DNA from: a virus | Direction: 5' to 3' (one strand) | Length of the DNA: 64,000 bases | IMG/VR virus record: IMGVR_UViG_3300024999_000080 | Location: 1-64,000 of that record | In this document: piece after piece, positions 44,001 through 55,689 of the stretch | Layout of the letters: the number at the start of each line of letters is the position of its first letter | Position numbering within the stretch: position 1 is the stretch's first letter | Notes under the pieces: model-generated | Databases searched by the model: none | What the model saw: only the letters and a program-made list of their open reading frames with translations | Told to the model about the DNA's origin: nothing | Made by a program: the position numbers and the translations under genes

Positions 44001-46755
44001 ACAGAAGTATACTATATTGAAAGTAAATACTCTGAAAAATATGAGTATTGTAAAGAATGTAAAACTGGTCATTCAACTGGAAAACAAATTTTATATTATA
44101 TTAGACCATGTACTATTTGTGGTTTTGAGATAGAAGGGAATCATTCTTTTTCATATAATATAAAAAATAGTTTTACATTGCGTATTAGGGTAATTGATGA
44201 GAATGATTCATCAAAAGTCTTTAATGTGAATGAAGTTTATTTTACTGAAGAAGACGCACAAGAGATGGTGGATAAGATGAGTAATAATCTAAGCAAATAG
44301 AATAGTTGATTGATTTGAATAATGAAAGGAGGAAAAATCATGAGTATATATTTAGACACTGTAAATTGCATCGTCTGTGGAAAAGAAGCATTTATTTATA
44401 CTGGACATGTAAAAGATAATAATGAAGATATTATTGCAGGATTTTGTTCAAATGATTGTTATGAATCTATAAAATCAAATAATATTGGTTGCTATGGAGA
44501 ATACAAAGAAGAGATGGGAAAACAAAGTAGAATGTGGTAGAAAGGAGAACAAAAAAGCAAATGAGAAATAAACTAAAATTAATAATAGAAAAAGAAAAAA
44601 CTTATACTGACTGGCTTAAACATGAACATAATTCTCTTACATACAATATCCAGCAATTGACAAATGAAAAATGTGATATTGAAAACAAACTAATAAACAA
44701 TCTCATCTGCCCAAAATGTTATTTTCCATTAACACAAAATAAATTCACAACTTATGGCGAAACTTATTACGAATGTACTAGTTGTGATTTTTCTATTCAG
44801 CAGTAAAAAGACCCTGCTCGAAAGCAAGGCCAAGTGCAATAAGACGAGAACAAAATTAGTTGACGAATGGTAGTATATCCATATCAGGGATAATTATACA
44901 AGATGAAAGAAGGAAATTAACAAATGAAATCAAGAGATATTGTAATCTTATTAGGATTAACAGAAATTGCATCACAATGTATTGATAATGAAACAATGTC
45001 AGAGGATGAATTCAAAAGTTTCTTTGATGGTTGTGATCTTGATAAAATTGAAGAGCAGAATCAAATAGAAGAAAATGTTGCACTAGAAGAATTAAAAATT
45101 ATGCTAAAAGAATATGGAAATATAATAAGAGAGGAACAAAATGAAAAATGAAAATATTAAATGTAATTTAGAAGTTGAATGTCGAGATGGAACGATTCAG
45201 TGTAAAACCATTTGTCCTGTTCATTTTATGGAAGATAGATGCTGTAAATTTTGTTTGGAAATTAATGTTTGTGATAAGATTTGTGGTTTTATTAAAATCA
45301 ATTTTAAGGAGTGAATACATAATGAAATGTATAAAGGAGAATTGTAATCTATCATTCATGTCAGGTAATTGTGGATATTGTAATGTTTTGGAAGCATTTG
45401 TTTTTGGAATGGAGAATAATGAATTAAAATGCTCTTTACCAGATAAAATTGTAGTAATGGAAAAGGAATTAAATCATTATAAATGTGCTTTGGATAAGGT
45501 GATAATGTATCATGATGATAACGGAGGAATAGATTAATTTATGAAATGTATTGGTGAGAAATGTTCTAGTTTCAAAACAGATTATTTTTATCCATTATGT
45601 TTAGAAAAAAATTGTAGGATATTTGAAGGTAGTGAATGTAAATTACTTGATAAAATTAAGGAAACTAGAGATGATTTAGTTAGAATGTGTGATTTGTTTG
45701 AGAATTTATTGGAGATTAATGATTATAGTTTAGATGAAATTGTTGATGGAATCAATTAAAAAATGTATTCGTTTGAATTAAAAGAAAGGAGAAATTTTAT
45801 GTTTCTTACTGGCGAGAATGTAACAATTCGTGATTCTGATTTTGAATTTTATTTAAAAGGCAAACCTACTGGAGAATATGCAAAAGGTAGGATTATTAGC
45901 AAAAATGGTTCTTTATATGTTGTTAAATTATATTGTAACGGAGAAGTTTATGAGATTAAGGAGTCATATCTTTATATATCATGGTCGTGAATCGTATTTG
46001 AACTGAGTGAAAGGAGAGTGATAATTATGTGGAATTTCATTGCAGGAATATTTTTAGGATATATGCTCAGACCATTAATAGAAACAATCATAGGAATAGC
46101 GGTTAAGATATTTAAAAATGCTTATTCAGAATATAAAAATCAATAGAGAGGATGATAAATAAATGGAAGATGCGTGTTATAACTGTGTTGCTAATTGTCC
46201 AGGAGATATTCATTGCAAGCCATTTAAATGTAAATATTATAAACGCTATGATAATGATGTGCTAGATCATGAAATGCAAACAAACAAAGATAAAAGAATT
46301 ATGATAACTATTGGATATCTTGAACATTTTAGTCAAAATAGTATGGAGAAATATGTATTCTATTCTTACAAAGAATTCTTTCAGTTTTGGAGTCATCATA
46401 GTAATCAAGGGATAATTAAATTATTTGGCTGTAGTGAGATGGAGGATGATTAATGTCTGGATTAACACCTGAAAAGAAAGCAATTCTTAAAGGTCTTATG
46501 GGTAGTTGCAAATGTCCAATTAGTCTAAGTTTGTTGTGTATGGAGGAGAGATATAAAATGAGAAAACCATTAATTGAACTTATAGTACCTAAGTCTGGAG
46601 ATTGGGAAGTATTAAGAATGAATTTAGGTGAAGATTTTAAACACGAAGGACATTCAATTCCTAATGGAGCATGGATTAAGTTATTAGAAATGTTAGGTTA
46701 TGAGGTTGAAGTAAAATGTATTTCAGATGAAGATATGGATAATGAGAGATATTAG
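41080..46755 (+). other. Array of small hypothetical ORFs, many Cys-rich; includes 45141..45314 and paralogues 45322..45537 / 45541..45759
   Basis: Co-oriented RBS-preceded ORFs; MKCIKENC/MKCIGEKC...C.L.DKI similarity. Confidence 0.65.
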
Positions 46756-46870
46756 AATTTCACAGGCATACAAAGCAGTCATACCAAGGGTTTCAAAATT
46801 ATAAAATCCTAGCAAATTGTGATTTTATGGGAGTTAAAAATAAATTAAAATAAAAAGGAGAAATGATAAA

Positions 46871-47629
46871 ATGAACGATGTACAAATTTATGAAAATACT
46901 GAATTAGGTTTCAAAGTTAGAACAAAATTAAATGAAGATAAGAGCATTAGTATGAATGCGGAAGATACTGCAATAGGTTTTGGATGGTCAAGAGAGAAAA
47001 ATGGTAAACTTTATGTAACATGGGACAGAATGAATGGATATATTAGTGATTTTGGTTTTCCACAGAAGTGTGGAAAGGATGATTACATACCAGAAAGCTT
47101 ATTTTACCTTCTTGGGATGAAAGCAAGTAGTGATTCTGCTGTAAATTATCAGAAGTGGTTAGCTATTGATGTGATTCCATCTATTCGTAAACACGGAGCA
47201 TTTATTGCAGATGGTGAAAATGTAGATGTTAATTTTATTTTAAATGAATTAAGATTCAGTATGAAAAGAACCATCAAAACTTTTACTAATGCAAATATAC
47301 AAGATGTTAAAAAGTTATATGAAGAATTTAGAGAGTATATAGACGTTGAATATAAATATAAAACTGATGAGAGGGTTGCTCGTTATAAAAGTGTCGAGAA
47401 GGGGTTAGATGGTTTACATGACAGATTAATTGCGGAGGATACCAGTAATGTTGGCGATTGCTATAATGTTAGAAAACTTAAAGAGAAGGTTATTATTGAT
47501 AGAACCACCTTAGAGAAAAGAATTAGTGGAGGCGAGAAAGCAGGAATGACCAGAGAAATAAGTAGGTTGAATGATGAAATTGAAAACATAAACTCCTCAA
47601 GTCAATACAGTGATTTAGAAAACGATTAA
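46871..47629 (+). CDS. BRO-N/antirepressor-like protein
   Basis: YIPESLFYLL..KA.....YQKWLAIDVIPSIRKHGAF. Confidence 0.8.
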   Translation: MNDVQIYENTELGFKVRTKLNEDKSISMNAEDTAIGFGWSREKNGKLYVTWDRMNGYISDFGFPQKCGKDDYIPESLFYLLGMKASSDSAVNYQKWLAIDVIPSIRKHGAFIADGENVDVNFILNELRFSMKRTIKTFTNANIQDVKKLYEEFREYIDVEYKYKTDERVARYKSVEKGLDGLHDRLIAEDTSNVGDCYNVRKLKEKVIIDRTTLEKRISGGEKAGMTREISRLNDEIENINSSSQYSDLEND

Positions 47630-47631
47630 TT

Positions 47632-48325
47632 ATGAATGAATTTGAGAAGCTAAAATACGACAACGATTATCGCACTTATGGATATTACAAAACTCATAAA
47701 CTTAAAAATAGTCAGACAATAGGAATATATTTTTGGAAACATGAACAAAGTAAATCAAATGATTATGTAATACTATTAGCAATAGCAAATAAGAAGAAAC
47801 ATCTTAGACAATTAATATTGGGAGAAAAAGATATATTGACCGATCATGAAACTGGAAAATGTGGATTAGAAGGTTTGTTGTGGGCAAAGAATCGGATTAT
47901 TGAGTTTGAGAAGTCTGATTGTTGTAAAGATGGAGATTTTATTAGTGTATATTGGACTGACAATAGGCGTAGAGATGTTTATGAGTATGGATTGAGAAAG
48001 TTGGGATTTGTGATTGGATATAGGGATGGTAGAAAATGTTTGAGTAAGAGGATTGTTAAGGATTAAATAAGAAAGGAAGTGTAAATAAAAATTGTCTATA
48101 GAAATATTGGGTCAACCAAAAGGAGAAATAGAAGTAAAAAGATTTTATCTCTCAGGTTTACAGATGAATGTAATATGTCCAGAGTGTGGATTTGAATATC
48201 TGTGGGGAGATTATTTGAGTTATCCCGATGTAAATACATCAATAGATTTGGGTTTAGCATGTTCAGAATGTGATCATAATTGGACTGAGCAAATAATATT
48301 AAAATTGAATGTAGAATTGGCTTAA
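47632..48325 (+). other. Two hypothetical ORFs (47632..48066, 48092..48325)
   Basis: ORF track plus RBS. Confidence 0.6.
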
Positions 48326-48355
48326 GTGTTAAGATATAAATTAATAAATAAATAT

Positions 48356-48385
48356 TTGACAATATGGATTCACTTGTAGTATAAT
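48356..48385 (+). promoter_or_regulatory. sigmaA promoter of ligA
   Basis: TTGACA-N18-TATAAT. Confidence 0.7.
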
Positions 48386-48438
48386 TATGGTAGAGGTGCA
48401 AATGAATCCATATTAATTTGAGAAAGAAGGAATAAGAA

Positions 48439-50442
48439 ATGGATGAAAATATTCAAATGCAAGAATTGGTCAAGAAGTTAAACAAACACTCTTACGAATA
48501 TTATACTCTCAGTAACCCAAGTATATCAGACTCAGAGTTCGACCTTTTATATCGAAAGCTAGAAGCCTTAGAGGCGAAATTAAATTACATATTGCCTGAC
48601 AGTCCGACACAAAGAATTGGTGATATTGTCTTAGATAAATTTGAAAAGCATGAGCATAAGTTTAGACTCTATTCAATGGATAAAGCACAGAACATGGATG
48701 AACTTGATACATGGCATAATAAAAATAAATCATTTGTAAAACAAAATAATTTACCTGAGATTCAATATGTTGTAGAGAAAAAGTTTGACGGGTTATCAAT
48801 TAATAATACTTACAAAGGCGTGTTGTTATCTTCTGCAACTAGGGGAACCGGTGGAATCAAAGGTGAATTAGTCACAGCACAAGTAAAAACAATCAAATCA
48901 ATTCCATTAAGTATTGATAGTAATATTTTATTAGAAGTTCATGGTGAAGCTTATATGAGAAAAAGTGTATTCAATAAATATAATGAAACTGCTAAAATTC
49001 CTTTAAAAAATGTAAGAAATGGAGCATCAGGAGCAATCAAGAATTTAGACGTAAAGGAAACTGCTAATAAAAATTTAGATGCTTTCTTTTATGATATTGG
49101 ATACAGCGAAGGATTAAAATTCAATACTTACATGGAAATGATGGAATTTATCACAAAAATGGGATTACCAGTTGATCAAGATTATTATCTTTGTAATACC
49201 ATTGAAGAAGTTAAAGAAAAAATTGCTTTAATTGAAGAACTAAGACCAAACCTAGATTATGAAATTGATGGAGCAATAGTAAGTATTAATGATATCAAAA
49301 CAAGAGAAGCAATGGGATTCGCTACAAAGTTTCCTAGATGGGCAATTTCATTTAAATATGAATCAGAAGAAACAACAACAGAATTATTAGATATTGAATT
49401 TAGAACAGGTCGTACAGGAAAAGTAACCCCTAGAGGAACTTTAGAGCCTGTAGACTTAATGGGTTCGACTGTTTCTTATGCAACTCTAAACAGCATGGAT
49501 GATATTAAGAAGAAAGGGGTAAAAATCAATGCAACAATATTTATTCGAAAGTCTAATGACGTGATCCCTGAGATATTAGGAGTTGTAGAAGATAGTGTTA
49601 CGGATGATATGCCTGATATTAAAATGCCAACACATTGTCAATCATGTGGAAGTGAATTAGTACAAGATGGAGTTCATTATTTTTGTAGAAACTCATTGAA
49701 TTGTAAAGCACAAATTGTAAAATCAATAGCTCATTTTGGTACTTTGCAAGCAATGAATATTGATGGATTTAGTGAGCAAACTGCGTTACTTTTTGTTGAG
49801 AATGGAATTATTAGTAATGTTTTAGATTTGTTTAGTTTGGAAAGCAAAAAGGATAAGATTATTAAACTACCCAAATTTGGAGTTAAGAAATATAACAATC
49901 TGATTCAAGCAATTGAAAATTGTAAGAAGGTTAAATTAGAATCCTTTGTTTACGGATTAGGTATTGAAGGTGTTGGACTTGGGGGATCAAAGAATCTATG
50001 TAAGCATTTTAATAATGATATTGCTCTGATTATGACTGCAAATTTAAGCGAGTTATTAGCAGTAGATGATTTTGGCCCAATTACGGCAGAAAATGTTTAT
50101 AATTATTTTATGGATGATAATAATTATTTGCAAACAATTGAATTATTAGGTCATATTGAAATTAAAAAAGAAGAAAAGAAGGAAGTGGTTAATGTGAGTG
50201 ATAGTTTTTTTAAAGGCAAAACTACGTACTGTACTGGAACTTTTGAATCATATAAAAAGGAACAGTTAAAAGCAATATTAGAAGATTTAGGAGCAACGTT
50301 TGCAAATGGATTTACAAAATCTCTTGATTTCTTAATTGTAGGTAAAATGAAAGGTTCTTCGAAAGTCGAAAAAGCTATTAAAGCAAATATTCCTGTTTTG
50401 AGTGAAGATGAGTTTTTAGCAATTATTGGAGGGGTAAAATAA
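48439..50442 (+). CDS. ligA: NAD+-dependent DNA ligase
   Basis: YY...ISDSEFD, EKKFDG, TRG, EVHGE, DG, PRWAISFKY, GRTG.VTP, C4 Zn finger, HhH, BRCT. Confidence 0.96.
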   Translation: MDENIQMQELVKKLNKHSYEYYTLSNPSISDSEFDLLYRKLEALEAKLNYILPDSPTQRIGDIVLDKFEKHEHKFRLYSMDKAQNMDELDTWHNKNKSFVKQNNLPEIQYVVEKKFDGLSINNTYKGVLLSSATRGTGGIKGELVTAQVKTIKSIPLSIDSNILLEVHGEAYMRKSVFNKYNETAKIPLKNVRNGASGAIKNLDVKETANKNLDAFFYDIGYSEGLKFNTYMEMMEFITKMGLPVDQDYYLCNTIEEVKEKIALIEELRPNLDYEIDGAIVSINDIKTREAMGFATKFPRWAISFKYESEETTTELLDIEFRTGRTGKVTPRGTLEPVDLMGSTVSYATLNSMDDIKKKGVKINATIFIRKSNDVIPEILGVVEDSVTDDMPDIKMPTHCQSCGSELVQDGVHYFCRNSLNCKAQIVKSIAHFGTLQAMNIDGFSEQTALLFVENGIISNVLDLFSLESKKDKIIKLPKFGVKKYNNLIQAIENCKKVKLESFVYGLGIEGVGLGGSKNLCKHFNNDIALIMTANLSELLAVDDFGPITAENVYNYFMDDNNYLQTIELLGHIEIKKEEKKEVVNVSDSFFKGKTTYCTGTFESYKKEQLKAILEDLGATFANGFTKSLDFLIVGKMKGSSKVEKAIKANIPVLSEDEFLAIIGGVK

Positions 50443-50891
50443 TGATTAAAATGGTTGATGATAATATTTTACAAGCAACAGAAGATATAATTGCCCACCA
50501 AGTAAATAGTATGGGAGTTATGGGAAGTGGTATAGCGAAACAAATTAAAGAGAAATATCCTGAAGTTTTTGATCAATATAGAAAATTCTTTATCAATAAT
50601 AAGTTTACCGCATTGGGTAAATGTCAAATTGTAAAAACAGAAGATAATAAATATATAGCAAATCTATTTGGTCAGTATAATTATGGAAGAGATAAACAAT
50701 ATACTGATTATAAAGCATTAGAAGAGGCGTTATTTTCATTAAAAGTAAGCGCAAAAGACCATAAGAAGTCTGTTGCAATCCCATTTAATATTGGATGTGG
50801 TTTAGCAGGAGGTTCATGGGAAGTAGTCTACAAAATCATTGAAGAAGTTTTTCAAGATTATGATGTAACTTTATATAGGTTGAATATGTAA
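50442..50891 (+). CDS. Macro domain protein (Poa1/DarG-like ADP-ribose hydrolase)
   Basis: IAHQVNSMGVMGSGIA, ANLFGQ, PFNIGCGLAGGSW. Confidence 0.9.
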   Translation: MIKMVDDNILQATEDIIAHQVNSMGVMGSGIAKQIKEKYPEVFDQYRKFFINNKFTALGKCQIVKTEDNKYIANLFGQYNYGRDKQYTDYKALEEALFSLKVSAKDHKKSVAIPFNIGCGLAGGSWEVVYKIIEEVFQDYDVTLYRLNM

Positions 50892-50907
50892 AATATCTAA
50901 AAAGCAA

Positions 50908-50954
50908 ACACTATATGTAGTGTCTAGTATTACAAAACACACTACATATAGTGT
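50908..50954. promoter_or_regulatory. Tandem NrdR boxes, 31 bp apart, inside a 19-bp inverted repeat (50905-50957)
   Basis: ACACTATATGTAGTGT (50908) and ACACTACATATAGTGT (50939); each is 1 mismatch from acaCwAtATaTwGtgt. Confidence 0.75.
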
Positions 50955-51004
50955 TTGAAATCCCATAAGTTATCGATTTCGAGGGATAAGGAGTCAAAAC
51001 GACA

Positions 51005-53661
51005 ATGAAAAATGATATTCCACAACGTATTAAAGACAATCCAAGCATTTATATACCCGATGGCCTATATTGTCACGGAAGAGCATCAAAAATAAGAGTG
51101 TGTCCTTTTTGGGATTTAGACAAAGAGAAACCAGAACAGCAAAATGGTTATTGCCATTATTTAAAACAAGGTGATTGGGATTTTGATTATACAGGATTAC
51201 TTTGGGACATGTGTAAAGAGTGCGACATAAATTTATCTTCATAATTTAAAATACCAAACTTATTTGATAAAGAAAGGAATGATGAAAATTAATATAAGAA
51301 AAGATTTATTTAAAATTTTTCAAGAGAACAAAGATGAATATGATTTGTATGAAAAAGTAGTGAATTATATTGAGTCAAAAATAGAAACCACAAAAGGCGA
51401 GGAGAATGCAGAATTTTATTATCAAATAATGCAACTAGAAAATAGTATTAATAATGCAGGATGGGAAGATCGTCATTCTCAACAAATCCAAAAATTATGG
51501 GATATTCAAAATAATATTACAGGTAGATATGAAAAATATTTATCATAGAATCAAAGGATTATTTCATGCCAAGTAAGAAAGGAGTAAACTATGCGTAAAT
51601 ACATAGTAGATAATTTAGAAAATACATCAACCAATGAACATAATTTCGACCAAGAATATCACAATAAATATATTTCTAAAACAGGAGAAGTAATTAAACA
51701 TGATTATAAATCAGGAGTATTTAAATCATTTATATGTTTAGGCTTTGATAAGGATGAAAAAGGATTCTTTACAGATGTTGATTGGTTTCATGTTTGTGAT
51801 TTGAGGAATCCACAGTTTGGTGGTTAAATTGGAAAGGTGTAAGGAGTATGAACAATGAAAATTAGAATTATCAAAGATATGTCAGCAGAAAATAATAGTA
51901 CAGTTTTAATTACTAAATTTATTGGTAAAGTGTTTGATGCAAAACTATTTGGGTTTACCACAGTTAGAGTAGATTTCGGTGAGGATTTAGGTGAGTTACA
52001 TGTTTATAAGGGAGAATACGAGGTTGTAGAATCCTAACACGAAATTTAACATTTATCGTAAAATAGAAAGGAATTGATTTAAACAAGATGGAAGAAAGAT
52101 TTATTGAGTGGACTACTAGGAATATAGAATTTAAAACAAACTCAAACAACTAATGTATCAGAGTATCAAAGGAAAAATTAAACATTATGAAATGGATAGT
52201 GGAAAAGAGAATAGAAATAAAGGCATAGTGTGTAAATGTTGTTTTTATCTAAGAAATACGTTTGGATTTTCAGCAATGACATTATCATATTGTGGAATCT
52301 GTAAAGAACCAATTCTCAATGGTAGTTCAGATACAAATAAAGTGTGTGATAAATGTGCAGGGATTAATGATTTATGCATACATTGTGGTGGAAAAATGGA
52401 TTGAGTTCAATTAAACTTATGGACTTATAGGAAAATAAAAAGGAGGATGGCAATGGACTTTAAAGTAGGAGATAGGGTTAAAGTTGTAAGAATATCTAAT
52501 GAGGATGATGTATTTGATGTTGAACCAATGTACTTAATAGGTAAAACTGGTACAGTTGTGACAATTGAGAGAAGTAAGTATATGCCTTTAGATGACACAG
52601 ACTGTCCCTATCAGATAAAGTTTGATGATGATATTTCTCAAGAATCAGGCAATCTTTATTGGGAAGAAAGAGAGTTAGAACTGATAGAAGCAATTAATGA
52701 AACTAAAATGACAGGAAGAAAAAAATTCAATTTAATATTTGCAAATATGACGAATGAAAGTTTAGCAGATTTGTTTCTTGGAGGAAGTTGCCCTAGTGAA
52801 TTTGGTCTTTTTGACAAAAAAGAAACCGGATGTCCAGATTTTATTTGCACAAGTTGTTGGGAAAAAGCTTTAGATATGGAGTATGAACAATAAATGGAGG
52901 AAATAATATTATGACAATTTGCAAAGAATGTGAATTTTATTCAGAGGATTATTTAACTGGATTATCTCCACAAGATCAATTAGATCATACTAGTGGTCAC
53001 TGTATGGATTCTAGTAATCCAGATTTTAATGAATGGGCAAGAACATTTGGTAAAGGTATTGCTAGAGAAGATTCATACACAAATCCTAAATGGTGTGCTA
53101 AAATTGATAATCCTGAAACAACAGTTGAAGATTATAGTGAAGAGGAAATTAGTGAATTAGTTGCAGTAGAAAAAAATTATCGTAAATTAATTGCATATAT
53201 AAAACATGCAAGATCAAATGATATGCTTTGGTATTAATTAAATAGAAGGAGTTGATTAAATGGATTTAAAAGTTGAACCACAAAAACATTCAATAATGAC
53301 ATTGTATGGAACAGATACTCAAGAAATACTCCGTTTTGAACCTAATGGCGATATCTTTATTCATGGCAAATTATCAGCTAATGATAGGGAAATAACTGAT
53401 GGATTTAGAGAATTTTTAGGACAACAGGGATTTTAAAAATCAAATAAACAGAACATTTTATGTTGATTGGAGGTGAAAGTAATGAATGATAAAATCTTGG
53501 TTGAATTAACTAAAGAAGAAATGAACATTGTCAAGAATGGAATGTTGCTAATTTTATCCCTTTCAAAGAGAAGTCAAATTGATTTGAGAAATAATGCTAA
53601 AGATTTATATGAAGGCATTTATAATAAATTTGATTTATTGTATGAAAATAAATGGTATTAA
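51005..53661 (+). other. Small hypothetical ORFs; 52447 has an SH3-like N-terminus paralogous to 56232
   Basis: FKVGDRVK/FKVNDRVK...YL...G....Y.I.F...W.E.EL shared. Confidence 0.6.
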
Positions 53662-53703
53662 GTCAAATATTCCAGAGTAAAAATAAAGGAGGAAATAATT
53701 AAA

Positions 53704-54786
53704 TTGAATAATACGATATTTATACCAAAAACAATTAAAGTTGGCTACCAAACACGCGATGATACATATACAGGCCAACTAGCATACATTATTTATTTTG
53801 ATCAAAAAGGAGTTTTAAGAAAGGAAAGAAGTTGGGAATCATGGAGAGATAAAAAAATTGAATCACAAGAATTTTTAAATGAACCAACTTCAGGATTTGT
53901 TTTAAATAAGAAGGTAGGGGATTACAGCTCTCATTGGAGTCACAGACAAGCATATGTAAGGGTTTACGACCCTCGTAATTTTGAGTTTGAAGTCACAATA
54001 GAAAACCTGCTTTACATTCTTGAAAATGCTAGTTCTATCAAAGGTAAGGGTTTAGAGGGATTTTTCGTGTACGGTTGGGATGGCAAGGATCTTCTCTTAA
54101 TGCCTGTGGAGTCACCAGATTACAAAGAGATTACTGAATATAGTGAAATGATTCTTCGAAACAGTTATGTTAAAGCAAAAGACTTAAAACTAGGTGCAAC
54201 ATATAAAACCAAAACAAATGAAGAATGGATTTATATGGGTAGATTTGACTATCATACTACTAGAAGTGATAAGATAGAGAGACCACAAATTAATTCTTAT
54301 AGTTATTATCGTTCATATGATTATGTTCAAGTCAATGTCAACAAAGGTAAACATCATTTCTTTACTAGAGAAACTAAAGATTATTCATATCTAAGCATAT
54401 TAACCATTAAATCACTTGGGGAAAGATTCATAGACACTGTATCAACTGATTGTGTAGAAAATTATGCTGAATTATTTGAAAAACTTGAATGTAAAACTGA
54501 ATATTCTCCATATGATGAAAGCAAAGATGAATATATTAAATATACATTTGAAGAATTCTGTGAAAAATTAAAAGGTAGTAGAGGATTATACTGTTGGGAT
54601 ACGCTAAATAAAAATATATATGTAACTAATTTTTATAATGACCAAAACAGATATTATTTTGAAGATAGAAATAGTAATACTAGTAAAAAGATAGAAGGTA
54701 CTCTTGAAGAAATTTACAATATCATCCAACCAATGTACAAAAATGAATACCTAGAAAACAATAAATTATATAGAGAGGGGAAATAA
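53704..54786 (+). CDS. Hypothetical phage protein (360 aa)
   Basis: RBS AGGAGG, TTG start, long ORF; coupled to 54789. Confidence 0.7.
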   Translation: MNNTIFIPKTIKVGYQTRDDTYTGQLAYIIYFDQKGVLRKERSWESWRDKKIESQEFLNEPTSGFVLNKKVGDYSSHWSHRQAYVRVYDPRNFEFEVTIENLLYILENASSIKGKGLEGFFVYGWDGKDLLLMPVESPDYKEITEYSEMILRNSYVKAKDLKLGATYKTKTNEEWIYMGRFDYHTTRSDKIERPQINSYSYYRSYDYVQVNVNKGKHHFFTRETKDYSYLSILTIKSLGERFIDTVSTDCVENYAELFEKLECKTEYSPYDESKDEYIKYTFEEFCEKLKGSRGLYCWDTLNKNIYVTNFYNDQNRYYFEDRNSNTSKKIEGTLEEIYNIIQPMYKNEYLENNKLYREGK

Positions 54787-54788
54787 AT

Positions 54789-55193
54789 ATGAAAACTGAA
54801 ACAAATGATTTAAAAATTATGGAACTAAAAAAGCAAATTGAGGATAAGAAAAGTTTAATAAATAAATCTCAAAAATTCTCACCAATTACTAATTGTTCTG
54901 TTGAAATTGATGGAGAGCGTTCTAATCTACAAGTGTTAACAAAAGATAAGTTAATTTCCTTATTAGTTAAACTTAATTCATATGCAATATCTGCTAAAGA
55001 TTTAGAGGTTGATTTTGTTATTTCTGGTTATCATGTTGCGGATTGGATTACAGATATTAAGTCTAAACTTGATTTTGTAAGTAGAAAAGAAGAAGAAAAT
55101 AAACTTAAAGTTATGGAATCCAAATTGCATCAATTACTTTCTAATGAAAAGAAAGTTGAACTTGAAATTGATGAGATTATGAAAAATTTGTAA
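54789..55193 (+). CDS. Hypothetical coiled-coil protein
   Basis: Adjacent ORF. Confidence 0.65.
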   Translation: MKTETNDLKIMELKKQIEDKKSLINKSQKFSPITNCSVEIDGERSNLQVLTKDKLISLLVKLNSYAISAKDLEVDFVISGYHVADWITDIKSKLDFVSRKEEENKLKVMESKLHQLLSNEKKVELEIDEIMKNL

Positions 55194-55383
55194 TAAATCT
55201 TAAAAATTCAAAAAGTGAAAGTGCCTTGTAGCAAGGGTTACAGGGCATGGTACTTCCATTAAAATCTGACTTTTATCGTAAAATAAACCTTGCAATTATT
55301 AACAAATTAATGTATAATTCATAGTGAACTAGGAAATAATATTTACTATAATCCTATGTCAATAAAAGGAGGTAGTAAATATT

Positions 55384-55597
55384 ATGAGAAGTATTCTAAA
55401 TGGTTATGTTGAAACATTTTATGTATTAGGAAACAAAGATGGAAAAGCCTAAAAGTTTTATATTAATCACTGATCCTATGAGAGCAAAGAAATTTGACTC
55501 TAGAGAGGAAGCATCTGATTACCATGATAAATGTAGGAATGATTATTTAGAATATTTGTTTGTTCATCAAATTAGGATTACTGTAGAATTGATTTAG
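55384..55597 (+). pseudogene. Small disrupted ORF
   Basis: Strong RBS and ATG, stop at ~55452, plausible coding continuation in another frame to 55597. Confidence 0.4.
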
Positions 55598-55618
55598 TTG
55601 TTTGGTTTATTTTGTTTG

Positions 55619-55665
55619 AGGTGTAATATATAATTGTAATATAAATATATTGCACCTTATTTTTT
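55619..55665 (+). terminator. Intrinsic terminator
   Basis: AGGTGTAATATAT...ATATATTGCACCT then TATTTTTT. Confidence 0.6.
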
Positions 55666-55689
55666 AAAGAAGAAGGAGAGATGAAATAA

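Noticed and set aside
45175-45537. 120-aa ORF as given in the track
   Set aside because: Better explained as 45141..45314 (another frame) plus 45322..45537 with its own RBS
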